DNA from: a virus
Length of the DNA stretch: 64,000 bases
IMG/VR virus record: IMGVR_UViG_3300044568_002423
Direction: 5' to 3' (one strand)
A program made the translations under genes and the position numbers. Shown piece by piece: positions 37,500-46,208 of this stretch (positions within the stretch are counted from its first letter, which is position 1; every line of letters starts with the position of its first letter). The notes below the pieces were generated by a model. The model searched no databases and was not told the origin of the DNA. It saw only the letters and a list, made by a program, of their open reading frames with translations.

Positions 37500-38137
37500 A
37501 TATTATATGTATTTTTTATGTGTTGAGTTTTAATAGGATCATGAATTACGCCTTTTAGTAATCTAGATGGAGATCTCATATCATATTCAGTTGCTGTTGG
37601 ACTGATAATAATTTTAGCTATCTCGTATGGATCATTTGATATTAGTGTTCTCTTATCTCGAGTTAACAATCCTCTGTACGGACTAATCATCAAATTGCCA
37701 GATGTAAGATTTGCCAAATCACACCATATACTAACAATTGTTTTTCCTGTTACAGATGAATCATCATAATTGTGGTCATGTAAATATGCTATCGTGGAGG
37801 CATTTTCGACTGTCATTAAATCAACTTGAATAATTTCATCATCAACTTGGATACCTACATGAACGCTAACGCCGGTTCGTGCGGAAAATAATCCCTTTGA
37901 TTTAAAATACTCTTCTAATAATTTACGACTTAATTTTACTGCTGTTGATGGGAATATTGAAAGTAAATCAGCGCTATCTATTAAAAGATCGATATCTCCA
38001 CTGATTTCTTTTTTGCCAGCACTGCCAAAAGGATAAATGTGTAGTCCTTCTGGTAATACTTCTTTTAGGGTTTTAATTGCTTGGTTGTATTTGTTTTTCG
38101 CTATTGGGCTAGCGTTTGGTACTACCTTTCCGCTCAT
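37496..38137 (-). CDS. Pol-beta superfamily nucleotidyltransferase
   Basis: 'FGSAGKKEISGDIDLLI' (hGS-x-DxD) and third Asp in 'IQVDLM'; alternative start at 38149. Confidence 0.8.
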   Translation of the reverse strand: MSGKVVPNASPIAKNKYNQAIKTLKEVLPEGLHIYPFGSAGKKEISGDIDLLIDSADLLSIFPSTAVKLSRKLLEEYFKSKGLFSARTGVSVHVGIQVDDEIIQVDLMTVENASTIAYLHDHNYDDSSVTGKTIVSIWCDLANLTSGNLMISPYRGLLTRDKRTLISNDPYEIAKIIISPTATEYDMRSPSRLLKGVIHDPIKTQHIKNTYNI

Positions 38138-38507
38138 CGTACTTACCATCTGTTATTTGTTGACAGACCTCTTCGTGCAATTTATTACAGAGTTCATTAC
38201 ATAACTTATCATCTAATGATTCTGGTAATTCTCGAATAGGATATTCAGCTAAGTACATATCATAACATTCACGAACTGCTTTGTCAAATATATGTGGTTT
38301 GGTTGATTTGTTGGCGTTAATACGATCTACGCATTTTAATATACTTGGATGTAAATGTCGACGATATGCTTCATCATTGTTATTCATATAAAATACCAAA
38401 TCTTCCACAAGATCATAATCAATCTCTCGTTTCCCCTCATCCCCAATTTGCTTGACAAATCCAATATCTGCAAAATTGCTGTTTTCTAATAATTCTATAA
38501 TACGCAT
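38109..38507 (-). CDS. Hypothetical (probable internal head) protein
   Basis: CTS-like N-terminus 'MRIIELLEN'; first gene after the late promoter. Confidence 0.65.
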   Translation of the reverse strand: MRIIELLENSNFADIGFVKQIGDEGKREIDYDLVEDLVFYMNNNDEAYRRHLHPSILKCVDRINANKSTKPHIFDKAVRECYDMYLAEYPIRELPESLDDKLCNELCNKLHEEVCQQITDGKYDERKGSTKR

Positions 38508-38513
38508 AGTTTA

Positions 38514-38552
38514 AGTCCAGTTAATAATATGTATTTATCTATTAACTGGACT
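38514..38552 (-). promoter_or_regulatory. Late promoter GATAAATA in the loop of a 13-bp inverted repeat
   Basis: AGTCCAGTTAATA (38514-38526) / TATTAACTGGACT (38540-38552); promoter at 38539-38532. Confidence 0.7.
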
Positions 38553-38567
38553 ACATTTGTAATTAAC

Positions 38568-40835
38568 TTACAGTACTAATTCGGTATTATCAACCGTTAA
38601 TGGTTGCTTTGATTTCTTAGGAGCTTTTGGAACAGTAGCTAGCGCAATCTTATCATCCACTATGGTAATAGACAACCATCCACCATCTTTCAAATCACCA
38701 AATAGCATCATTTTAGCAAGATCTCTTTTGATTTCAGCATCAATGACACGTTGTAATGGCCTAGCTCCCATCTTGGGATCAAATCCTTTTTCAATTAACC
38801 AATTAATAGCAGTTTTATCTATCTTTATGCGTATTGCTTTTTCTTTAACTTGATCACGCAATTCATCGATAAACTTATTAACGATTTTTGTCATGGTTTC
38901 TTTACCAAGTTTATTAAAGGTAATGATACCATCTAATCTATTTCGAAATTCAGGAGTGAAAAACTTCTTAATTTCCACATCAGTGTGTTCTTTTTCTTGC
39001 TTACCAAACCCGATGTTATTCTTCTCAGCTGCTTGTGCACCAGCATTCGTGGTAAGAATTAATACCAAATTACGACAATCTGCTTGTTTACCATTACTAC
39101 CAGTAATAAATCCATTGTCCATAATTTGTAGTAAAACTGTCGACACATCTGGGTGAGACTTTTCAACTTCGTCAAACAACAAGACTGCGTTTGGATTTTC
39201 TTGTATTTGAGTAATCAACAACCCTGCGTTGTCTTCAAATCCAACATATCCAGGTGGGCTACCGATCAATTTACTAATACTATGTTTTTCCTGATATTCA
39301 CTCATATCAAATCGTAATAATTTAGTACCAAGATGCTTAGCAAGTGCTTTTGCTGTTTCTGTTTTTCCACAGCCAGTTGGTCCCATAAATACAAAACTAC
39401 CAATTGGTTTATTATCAGGTTTTAATCCTGCTTGCGCTACCATAATTTTATCGACAACTTCTGTAAGAGCACCATTTTGACCATATACTTCATTTTCAAG
39501 TTTTTCCTGAAGAGTAGATAGACAATGGCTTTCTGTTTCCATAACTTGTTCTTCTGGCAGATTAACCATTTTAGCTAATTCATATTGAATTTCTCTTTCT
39601 GTTACAATACGAGCCTCTGCCAATTTTAAATTAAATCGTGAACAAGCACAATCAATCAAATCTATTGCTTTATCTGGTAACTTCTTATCTGCTTGGTATT
39701 TAACAGATAACTTAATTGCAGCCTGAAGCGCATCATCTTTGATTTTAACATCATGATGAGTTTCATAATATTTTTTAATTCCTTTTAGGATTTTTAATGC
39801 CATTTCTTCCGTTGGCTCATCGATAGTAATACGTTGAAAACGACGCATTAACGCACGATCTTTTTCAAAATGCTTACGATATTCCTCCCATGTAGTAGAG
39901 GCAATTACTTTGATTTTACCTTTACTCAATGCTGGTTTCATCATGTTAGCAAGATCATTAGCTGAATTTGATGATGATCCAGCTCCGCTAATCATATGTG
40001 CTTCATCGATAAATAGAACACATTTACCTTTCTTCTCTAATGCTTTTATTACTTGTTTGAAGCGTTCTTCAAAGTCACCTCGATATTTACTACCAGCTAC
40101 CATTGCGGAAATATCTAAATTAAAAACAGTATATTCCTTTAAAAAATCTGGTACAGCACCGTTGACTATATTATAAGCTAATCCTTCGGCAATGGCAGTT
40201 TTACCTACCCCGGGATCACCTATTAAAATAACGTTATTTTTACTACGACGACCTAACGCAAGTGCGATGTTTTCAAGTTCATCAACACGCCCAATGACGG
40301 GGTCGATCTTGTTCTTTTGGACTAATCCATTTAGATCAGTAGTATATGCCAATAATGCTTTTGTTGCCCGTGGGTCGGTAGTATCAGCTTCTTCAATAAC
40401 ATTCCCAGCAGTTGTGAGATAATCTGCAAATTTGTCCTTGTCGATGCCAGACTGTGATACGTAAAAGAAAGCCCAGCTACGTTTTTCATTAAGCATCGTT
40501 AAAAAGATGTCAGTGATTTCGACTTTTTGCCGGCTATTAAAAATAACTTGTGTGAATGCTTTGTTTAATAACCTCTCAACTGCAGCTGTTTTTTTAGGGT
40601 TGGCAACAGCTGAAGACAGAGTTATGTCATTACACTTGTGCTGTAGATGATCCGAGACTAATTTCTTAAGACCATTGGCATCCGCACCAAATTCAAGTAA
40701 TTGTTCTACAAAATCTTTATTATTAAGCATAGCAGCTAATATATGTTCGATCGTAATATATTCATGTTGCAATCGTTTGGCTGTTTCAGAAGCTCTACGT
40801 AATACTTCTTCAAAATCTGCGCTTGGTTCTACCAT
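38568..40835 (-). CDS. clpA: ATP-dependent Clp protease ATPase subunit ClpA
   Basis: Clp N-domain 'HEYITIEH', AAA1 GDPGVGKT and 'KYRGDFEER', AAA2 GPTGCGKT and 'PPGYVG', IGF ClpP-docking loop, no ClpB middle domain. Confidence 0.92.
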   Translation of the reverse strand: MVEPSADFEEVLRRASETAKRLQHEYITIEHILAAMLNNKDFVEQLLEFGADANGLKKLVSDHLQHKCNDITLSSAVANPKKTAAVERLLNKAFTQVIFNSRQKVEITDIFLTMLNEKRSWAFFYVSQSGIDKDKFADYLTTAGNVIEEADTTDPRATKALLAYTTDLNGLVQKNKIDPVIGRVDELENIALALGRRSKNNVILIGDPGVGKTAIAEGLAYNIVNGAVPDFLKEYTVFNLDISAMVAGSKYRGDFEERFKQVIKALEKKGKCVLFIDEAHMISGAGSSSNSANDLANMMKPALSKGKIKVIASTTWEEYRKHFEKDRALMRRFQRITIDEPTEEMALKILKGIKKYYETHHDVKIKDDALQAAIKLSVKYQADKKLPDKAIDLIDCACSRFNLKLAEARIVTEREIQYELAKMVNLPEEQVMETESHCLSTLQEKLENEVYGQNGALTEVVDKIMVAQAGLKPDNKPIGSFVFMGPTGCGKTETAKALAKHLGTKLLRFDMSEYQEKHSISKLIGSPPGYVGFEDNAGLLITQIQENPNAVLLFDEVEKSHPDVSTVLLQIMDNGFITGSNGKQADCRNLVLILTTNAGAQAAEKNNIGFGKQEKEHTDVEIKKFFTPEFRNRLDGIITFNKLGKETMTKIVNKFIDELRDQVKEKAIRIKIDKTAINWLIEKGFDPKMGARPLQRVIDAEIKRDLAKMMLFGDLKDGGWLSITIVDDKIALATVPKAPKKSKQPLTVDNTELVL

Positions 40836-40854
40836 TATTATTTCCTATGTTATG

Positions 40855-41682
40855 TTAAATGTTATTAATTTCGTTATTTAATAATATTAATTTATTAATT
40901 AAATCGATATTCTTAATTATTGGTGTCTTTATTTTTACGATAGAGATAAAATCCCCTGCCTGACCAGTATGTACATTGGTAAATCCACCACCTTGTTTTG
41001 CAAATTCAACTCCCGTTTCGACTCCTGCTCTAATATCGAGAGAAACTACCAGTCCGGATAGCATCTTGACTTGTTTTTTACATCCAATCATAGCTTCGAT
41101 TGGACTTATTTCAATGTTAGTATAAACATTATTACCTTTTCTTATATAATTACTATCTGGTGTTACATTAATAGTTACATTAAGACTGCCGCGAGGTATT
41201 CCTGGTAATGAATCATCACCAAGCCCTTGGTATTGTATTGTATCACCGTGTTCAACTCCGGCTGGCACGTTTATAACTATACTCTGATGTTTGCCACTTG
41301 GCAAGGTATATTTTGCTTCGAGTTGTTTTCCCGTATATGAATCTATAAAAGATACTTCACAATTCATATTTAAATCCCTATTACGCCGTACCTGTTGTGG
41401 TTGTTGATGTCTAAAGATATCAAATGGATTACCACCAAATATATCGTGAAAGTGATGGTGTGCATATGGATTATTGCTATTTCCATATAATTGTTTATTA
41501 TCATATTCAGCACGTTTGGTCGGGTCGCCTAAAATATCATAGGCGGCTGAAATATCTTTAAATTTTTCTTGCGAACCACCTTTATCAGGATGGTGTTGAT
41601 TGGCTAATTTTCGATAAGCTAGTTTAATTTCGTCTTGTTGAGCGTTTTTATCAACGCCTAATGTTTGATAGTGATCTGTCAT
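40855..41682 (-). CDS. dnaJ: DnaJ-class co-chaperone (no zinc finger, CbpA-like)
   Basis: J-domain with HPD, G/F-rich linker, C-terminal DnaJ_C domain. Confidence 0.9.
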   Translation of the reverse strand: MTDHYQTLGVDKNAQQDEIKLAYRKLANQHHPDKGGSQEKFKDISAAYDILGDPTKRAEYDNKQLYGNSNNPYAHHHFHDIFGGNPFDIFRHQQPQQVRRNRDLNMNCEVSFIDSYTGKQLEAKYTLPSGKHQSIVINVPAGVEHGDTIQYQGLGDDSLPGIPRGSLNVTINVTPDSNYIRKGNNVYTNIEISPIEAMIGCKKQVKMLSGLVVSLDIRAGVETGVEFAKQGGGFTNVHTGQAGDFISIVKIKTPIIKNIDLINKLILLNNEINNI

Positions 41683-41700
41683 TGTAATAAAAACCCGTTG

Positions 41701-41747
41701 AGTAAAGTAATATAGGTAATTATACTACTTTACTGCAACTAAGTCAA
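41701..41747 (-). promoter_or_regulatory. Sigma70 promoter overlapped by a 14-bp inverted repeat
   Basis: TTGACT-N17-TATAAT; arms AGTAAAGTAATATA (41701-41714) / TATACTACTTTACT (41721-41734). Confidence 0.7.
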
Positions 41748-41754
41748 GTTTTAA

Positions 41755-42048
41755 TTACTTTTTTTCTGGTACCTTGGTGCCTGCATATTTTTTGTGTTTC
41801 TTTTTACCAGGTTTTGCGTCAGGCGCTTTCTTTTCAGCAACTACTGGAGTGACAACTGGAGCAGGAGCAACTACTGGTGCTACCACTGGAGCAGGAGCAA
41901 CTACTGGAGCAGCAACTGGAGCAGCAACTGGAGCGACAACTGGAGCAGCAACTGGAGCAGCAACTGGTGCTGGTTGAGTACTAGTTTCTGATTTGTCACA
42001 ACCAGAAACTGTTAGTGTAATTAAAAATGCTAATAGTAAGTTATTCAT
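41755..42048 (-). CDS. Pro/Ala/Val-rich lipoprotein
   Basis: Signal peptide with lipobox VSGC, tandem PVAA/PVVA units, basic C-terminus. Confidence 0.75.
   Translation of the reverse strand: MNNLLLAFLITLTVSGCDKSETSTQPAPVAAPVAAPVVAPVAAPVAAPVVAPAPVVAPVVAPAPVVTPVVAEKKAPDAKPGKKKHKKYAGTKVPEKK
41840..41972 (-). repeat. Coding 12/18-bp degenerate tandem repeat (PVAA/PVVA)
   Basis: Repeated gcaactggagca-type units. Confidence 0.75.
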
Positions 42049-42065
42049 TATATTTCCTTATATAT

Positions 42066-42557
42066 TTAAAGTATTGGATCTTCAGCGACTGGCATTATTT
42101 TACCAAAACGTCCTGATTCTACTGGTGCTGCTGCCGGCTGTTGCGGAGCAAAATTTGCTGCTGGAAAACTAGGTGCTGGTGGAGCAAAGCTTGGTGCGGC
42201 AGCAGGTGCTGGCATAAAACTTCCCATCATTCCACCGATGCCTGGAACAGCAGGTGCGGCAGGTGCGTCAACCCCATTTATTTTTTCTTGTGTTCTACCA
42301 TGTGCGGTAATACCTAAAACAACACCCATTGCGATATGGTATAAACCACCACCTTGTAGTGTTAATGGTTGCCACATATCTAAATGTTGACCTGGGTTGT
42401 AAAATTGTAATAAGTTATACAGGATAGGACCGACTACGAAATCAAACAAACATGTTAACATGTAAGTCATTGCCATCATAGGTCTCCAATTTTTGGACAT
42501 AAAATCCTCGCCTTCTTTTTCCGCGTCGCTCATTAAATCATATTTATTTCTTGACAT
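42066..42557 (-). CDS. Holin (GTA-type 'holin of 3TMs'-like)
   Basis: 'WRPMMA' plus hydrophobic segments and 'GRTQEK'; in the lysis cassette; start at 42557 after AAGGAG. Confidence 0.7.
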   Translation of the reverse strand: MSRNKYDLMSDAEKEGEDFMSKNWRPMMAMTYMLTCLFDFVVGPILYNLLQFYNPGQHLDMWQPLTLQGGGLYHIAMGVVLGITAHGRTQEKINGVDAPAAPAVPGIGGMMGSFMPAPAAAPSFAPPAPSFPAANFAPQQPAAAPVESGRFGKIMPVAEDPIL

Positions 42558-42586
42558 TGTTTGCTCCTTAAATTTAGTCAATCTTT

Positions 42587-42850
42587 TTATTTCATTTCAT
42601 TTATTTTTTTTTGCTCTATATACCATTCTTGCCAAGCAGCTAACTTGTCCCTGGTTTCATAAAATGTACCATAATTTTTATTAGCATTTTCTAATAAATC
42701 ACTCAAGTGCTGTTTATCAGCTGGCAATGGATACAATTGTGGAACTGGTTCAAGTAATACCAACGGCGCCTCCGGAAACTTAGCAGTCACTGGTACCGCT
42801 GTTGTACAACCAGTTAAACTAATTATCATAATAACTAATGCCTTATTCAT
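42587..42850 (-). CDS. o-spanin (Rz1-like lipoprotein)
   Basis: Lipobox LTGC, Pro-rich segment, C-terminal 'AWQEWY' helix; follows the i-spanin. Confidence 0.8.
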   Translation of the reverse strand: MNKALVIMIISLTGCTTAVPVTAKFPEAPLVLLEPVPQLYPLPADKQHLSDLLENANKNYGTFYETRDKLAAWQEWYIEQKKINEMK

Positions 42851-42852
42851 AA

Positions 42853-43290
42853 TTATCTACCTTCTACTGCCGTATTATAAATCTTCAATGCTACTGGCGG
42901 AATAGTACATTCTGCATTAATAATTTCTTTATGAGTTTTTATCACATCATGGTTGACAATTACTCGTTGTTTTACTACTTTGATTTTTTCAACCACTTTT
43001 TCTTGAATTACTGTATTGACTTGTTGAGATTTAGCTTCGGCAATAGCTAACTTGCCTTCTACTTCTTCAACCCGTGCTCGCCATACCATTTCAGTAGAAT
43101 ATCCACCTTCAAAGTAAATCCCTAACAATAACAACATTGTTGAAATTATTTTAAGAGGAATACGATATTGAAGTATTCCTTTTATATTTTGTAAAAATAA
43201 TCCCAGCAATGTTCCAGCAATACCAAGCACTACGATTACATGAATAATTAATGCCAAGATACTATCTGGTAGAAAGTGTAATAACCACAT
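42853..43290 (-). CDS. i-spanin (Rz-like)
   Basis: N-terminal TM helices, periplasmic coiled coil, C-terminal Cys; directly after the endolysin. Confidence 0.75.
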   Translation of the reverse strand: MWLLHFLPDSILALIIHVIVVLGIAGTLLGLFLQNIKGILQYRIPLKIISTMLLLLGIYFEGGYSTEMVWRARVEEVEGKLAIAEAKSQQVNTVIQEKVVEKIKVVKQRVIVNHDVIKTHKEIINAECTIPPVALKIYNTAVEGR

Positions 43291-43292
43291 TA

Positions 43293-43919
43293 TTAGCCAC
43301 CTAACACATGTAAGGCATGATTATAATGTTTAATACGATCCGCCAATCCAATAGTACCGCCATTAATACGTTTCGTCAATGTCAAAATATCACCAGCATC
43401 TGCCCACTTATTTAAGTTATTAGTTTCCCAAAACCAACATGCTGATTGAACAGCACCTTCAAATGTAGCCAAATATTCTGGCATATCTTCAATTGGTGAT
43501 TCAATTGATTCAGCAAACTTAGTATAATTTTGTTTTCCAGTTAATTGGATTAATCCACGACCACAAAAACGAAATCCATCGCCTGAAGATTCTGGACCAT
43601 TTCCCATACGACCACCGTAAACTCGGTTAGCAATCATGGCTGGTTGTTGCGCATATTTTGCCGCTAATGCGTCAGTTGGAAAGTATTTTGGAAATACTTT
43701 GCGTAACGTAACTGCACGATAGTTTAAATTCTCTTTAAGGAATTTATAACCACCGCTCTCATGTGCAGTTTGTGCTAAGAAGCCAGCAACTCGTGGCAAC
43801 GTAGTAATTTCGTAATCTGGTAAAATCATATCTAATGCTTCAAACCAATTGTTAATATATGGGTTTCCAGTTATGATTTTTCCTAATTTCTCTTCTGTAA
43901 AGTTAAACTCAAATGACAT
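43293..43919 (-). CDS. Glycoside hydrolase family 19 endolysin
   Basis: 'FLAQTAHESG', 'ENLNY', 'GRGLIQLTG..NY', 'SACWFW', 'TKRINGG..GL.DR'; start at 43919 (TAATG overlap, GGAG SD). Confidence 0.92.
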   Translation of the reverse strand: MSFEFNFTEEKLGKIITGNPYINNWFEALDMILPDYEITTLPRVAGFLAQTAHESGGYKFLKENLNYRAVTLRKVFPKYFPTDALAAKYAQQPAMIANRVYGGRMGNGPESSGDGFRFCGRGLIQLTGKQNYTKFAESIESPIEDMPEYLATFEGAVQSACWFWETNNLNKWADAGDILTLTKRINGGTIGLADRIKHYNHALHVLGG

Positions 43920-44653
43920 TATTTTTTCTCCAATGTAACAGCCCACCCGCTGTTTTCAAATATAAATGCATTACCTATTTTGGTAATATTGTAATTTCCA
44001 ATATACTTTGTGAAGAACATAACTTCTGCTATATCCTTTCCTTCAAGCATAATTGGACCGCTAGCAGCATCATACACGGCATGCTTAGCTCCACTATTGA
44101 TAATATTGAATGAAACTGGGTCTGCCCATACTTTCTTAAATGTAATTGTTTCATTCACTACATCAATTTCATCCGCATAGCTTTTAGAAAAGAAATTACT
44201 AAAATTATTTAATTGATTTCTCTTGGTGGCAATTTCATATGCTTCTTTATCCATAGGGATAGTTTTTTCTAAATTTTCCAAAGTTGCATCCTGGCTTTCA
44301 AACCCTTTGAAATATCGAAATCGCATATCAGGAATACCTGTTAATCGCTCAATGCCTTCTAATAACTCTGCTATTTGCTCAGCAACATGCCTACTACGTT
44401 CTAGTTCTATGAATACTTTATAAGTACCATCATCTGTCTCACCGGGACTTACGTCAGCGTCTAAAACGAAGTCATAACCCATTTCAACAAAATTTTCCAA
44501 ATCTTTTGCTGGATCTTCACTATCAACCGTAAAGCACAATACAACAACGTCGCAATCAGCTCCTATTTTGCTCTTATATGAATCAATATCGAACACCTTC
44601 TTAACTAGGCGTCTCAAGTCTGTTGGTCTTAAACTTTCTGTAATTGGTTTCAT
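43919..44653 (-). CDS. Hypothetical protein
   Basis: 244 aa; 'IDSYKSKIG', 'GYDFVLDADVS.GE'; N-terminal 'ITESL'. Confidence 0.75.
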   Translation of the reverse strand: MKPITESLRPTDLRRLVKKVFDIDSYKSKIGADCDVVVLCFTVDSEDPAKDLENFVEMGYDFVLDADVSPGETDDGTYKVFIELERSRHVAEQIAELLEGIERLTGIPDMRFRYFKGFESQDATLENLEKTIPMDKEAYEIATKRNQLNNFSNFFSKSYADEIDVVNETITFKKVWADPVSFNIINSGAKHAVYDAASGPIMLEGKDIAEVMFFTKYIGNYNITKIGNAFIFENSGWAVTLEKK

Positions 44654-44655
44654 AA

Positions 44656-45237
44656 TTATATCACCGGTGCTGCTGGTGGCGCACTTCCACTCATTGCTGG
44701 TGGCGCCATAGGAGGAGCCATGCCCGGTGCTCCTGGTGCTCCTGGTGCTCCTGGTGCCATTGGAGCAGGCATAGGAGGTGCTGATTGTTCGGTTGTTTTA
44801 GTTTCGCTTTTCATTTTATCCATATAGCCTTTGTAAATATCAAATGCAACTTTTTTAGGCATTTGTATTTCAACTATCCAAATTGGTTTACGATCCATTT
44901 TTCCTTTTTTTGTTCCTGGACGAATATCATCCGGATCTTTAATCTTGCGTGGTTCTACTAAGTACGATGATTGAAAGCTAACTTTACATCCTATGTCGAG
45001 TAATCGTTTGCCACCTACTGGATCAGGCATCTTGTCTTTATCCCACATAAATCCAACAGTAATCCAATGCCGATCTATTTTTGGTCCATATGCTAATTCA
45101 CCATCAATCCAATTGGCATAGACATACATGTCTAATTCGTCCAATACACGTTCAAAGTCTTTTAGTGCCGCTAGACTTGAATTATTTTCATATAAAGTTT
45201 GTATGTTTTTTATAACATCGAGTACATCTGTAGCCAT
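44656..45237 (-). CDS. Hypothetical protein with Pro/Ala/Gly/Met tail
   Basis: 'DFERVLDELD.YVY.NW..GEL..GP...RHW'; GATAAATA at 45311-45304. Confidence 0.75.
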   Translation of the reverse strand: MATDVLDVIKNIQTLYENNSSLAALKDFERVLDELDMYVYANWIDGELAYGPKIDRHWITVGFMWDKDKMPDPVGGKRLLDIGCKVSFQSSYLVEPRKIKDPDDIRPGTKKGKMDRKPIWIVEIQMPKKVAFDIYKGYMDKMKSETKTTEQSAPPMPAPMAPGAPGAPGAPGMAPPMAPPAMSGSAPPAAPVI

Positions 45238-45367
45238 TATTTTTTTCCTTTCGGGGATCGTATTGTAAAAATAGAATAATAAAATCCTATAATCTTATAC
45301 TCTTATTTATCTGCTTTAAACCTTAATAGTAATAGTTTACTTTTTTTAAAAAACAGTAAATACATGT

Positions 45368-45430
45368 GTAGGACCTATGTAGGTATCAAGGCCGGTTTCT
45401 ACATGTCCTACCATCTCAATATCGTAGGAG
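45368..45430 (+). promoter_or_regulatory. Structured 5' leader of phoH
   Basis: GTAGGAC/GTCCTAC plus ATGTAG/CTACAT stem; TCCTAC is also complementary to the SD-containing GTAGGA(G) at 45424-45430; AGTAAATA at 45355. Confidence 0.55.
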
Positions 45431-45439
45431 AATTACTGA

Positions 45440-46162
45440 ATGAGTAGAAAACAAATGAAAAAACGTTTTACATCAGAAGTTAACATAATAGATTTTCAAC
45501 CATACCTGCCACAAAAACGTCGGCAAGTTGTCCTAACTCCAAGAAATAATAGCCAACATGCCTATGTTGACAAATTAAATGACGAGAACAATAGCATAGT
45601 ATTAGCTATCGGGCCAGCTGGAACAGGCAAGACTTTATTGGCTGTACAACATGGAATTAAATTATTCCAAGAAGGAAAAATTGAAAGAATCATTGTGACT
45701 AGGCCAGCAGTTTCAGTAGATGAGGATTTAGGTTTCCTTCCAGGTACATTAAACGAAAAAATGGCACCGTGGACACGACCTATCTTTGATGTCTTCGCAG
45801 AGTATTATCAACAACGAGAGATAGCAAAATTTTTAGATGAGGGGGTTATTGAAATTAGTCCGCTTGCATATATGAGGGGTAGAACATTTAAGAACTCATA
45901 TATAGTAGCAGATGAAATGCAAAATGCTACCATAAACCAAATGAAAATGCTGCTAACTAGATTAGGTGAAAATTCTAAAATGGTAGTTACTGGTGATTTA
46001 GCACAAGCAGATCGCCGTACTGATAATGGTTTGATAAATTTTTGTACGCTTATTTCGCAAGCACCTGGATTAAGACACATTGATCTTGTTCAATTTACCG
46101 CACAAGATATAGAAAGACATGCCGCAGTTAAGGAGGTGTTATATATCTACGGCGATGATTAA
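45440..46162 (+). CDS. phoH: PhoH-like ATPase
   Basis: 'GPAGTGKT', 'TRPAV', 'LGFLPG', 'YMRGRTF', 'DEMQN', 'LLTRLG', 'TGDLAQ'. Confidence 0.95.
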   Translation: MSRKQMKKRFTSEVNIIDFQPYLPQKRRQVVLTPRNNSQHAYVDKLNDENNSIVLAIGPAGTGKTLLAVQHGIKLFQEGKIERIIVTRPAVSVDEDLGFLPGTLNEKMAPWTRPIFDVFAEYYQQREIAKFLDEGVIEISPLAYMRGRTFKNSYIVADEMQNATINQMKMLLTRLGENSKMVVTGDLAQADRRTDNGLINFCTLISQAPGLRHIDLVQFTAQDIERHAAVKEVLYIYGDD

Positions 46163-46174
46163 AAGATAATTTCG

Positions 46175-46200
46175 AGATGGGATTATTTTTAATCCCATCT
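46175..46200. terminator. Hairpin between convergent phoH and clamp loader
   Basis: AGATGGGATTA-TTTT-TAATCCCATCT. Confidence 0.65.
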
Positions 46201-46208
46201 ATTTACTC

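Noticed and set aside
37496-38137. CBASS CD-NTase defence operon
   Set aside because: The protein is short, and no Cap effector or Cap2/3 genes are adjacent; context is a phage late operon. Cyclase activity is not excluded but is unsupported.
41701-41734. CIRCE/HrcA operator at dnaJ
   Set aside because: The inverted repeat does not match TTAGCACTC-N9-GAGTGCTAA.
41840-41972. CRISPR or origin iterons
   Set aside because: Codon-phased repeat encoding the PVAA stalk of a lipoprotein.
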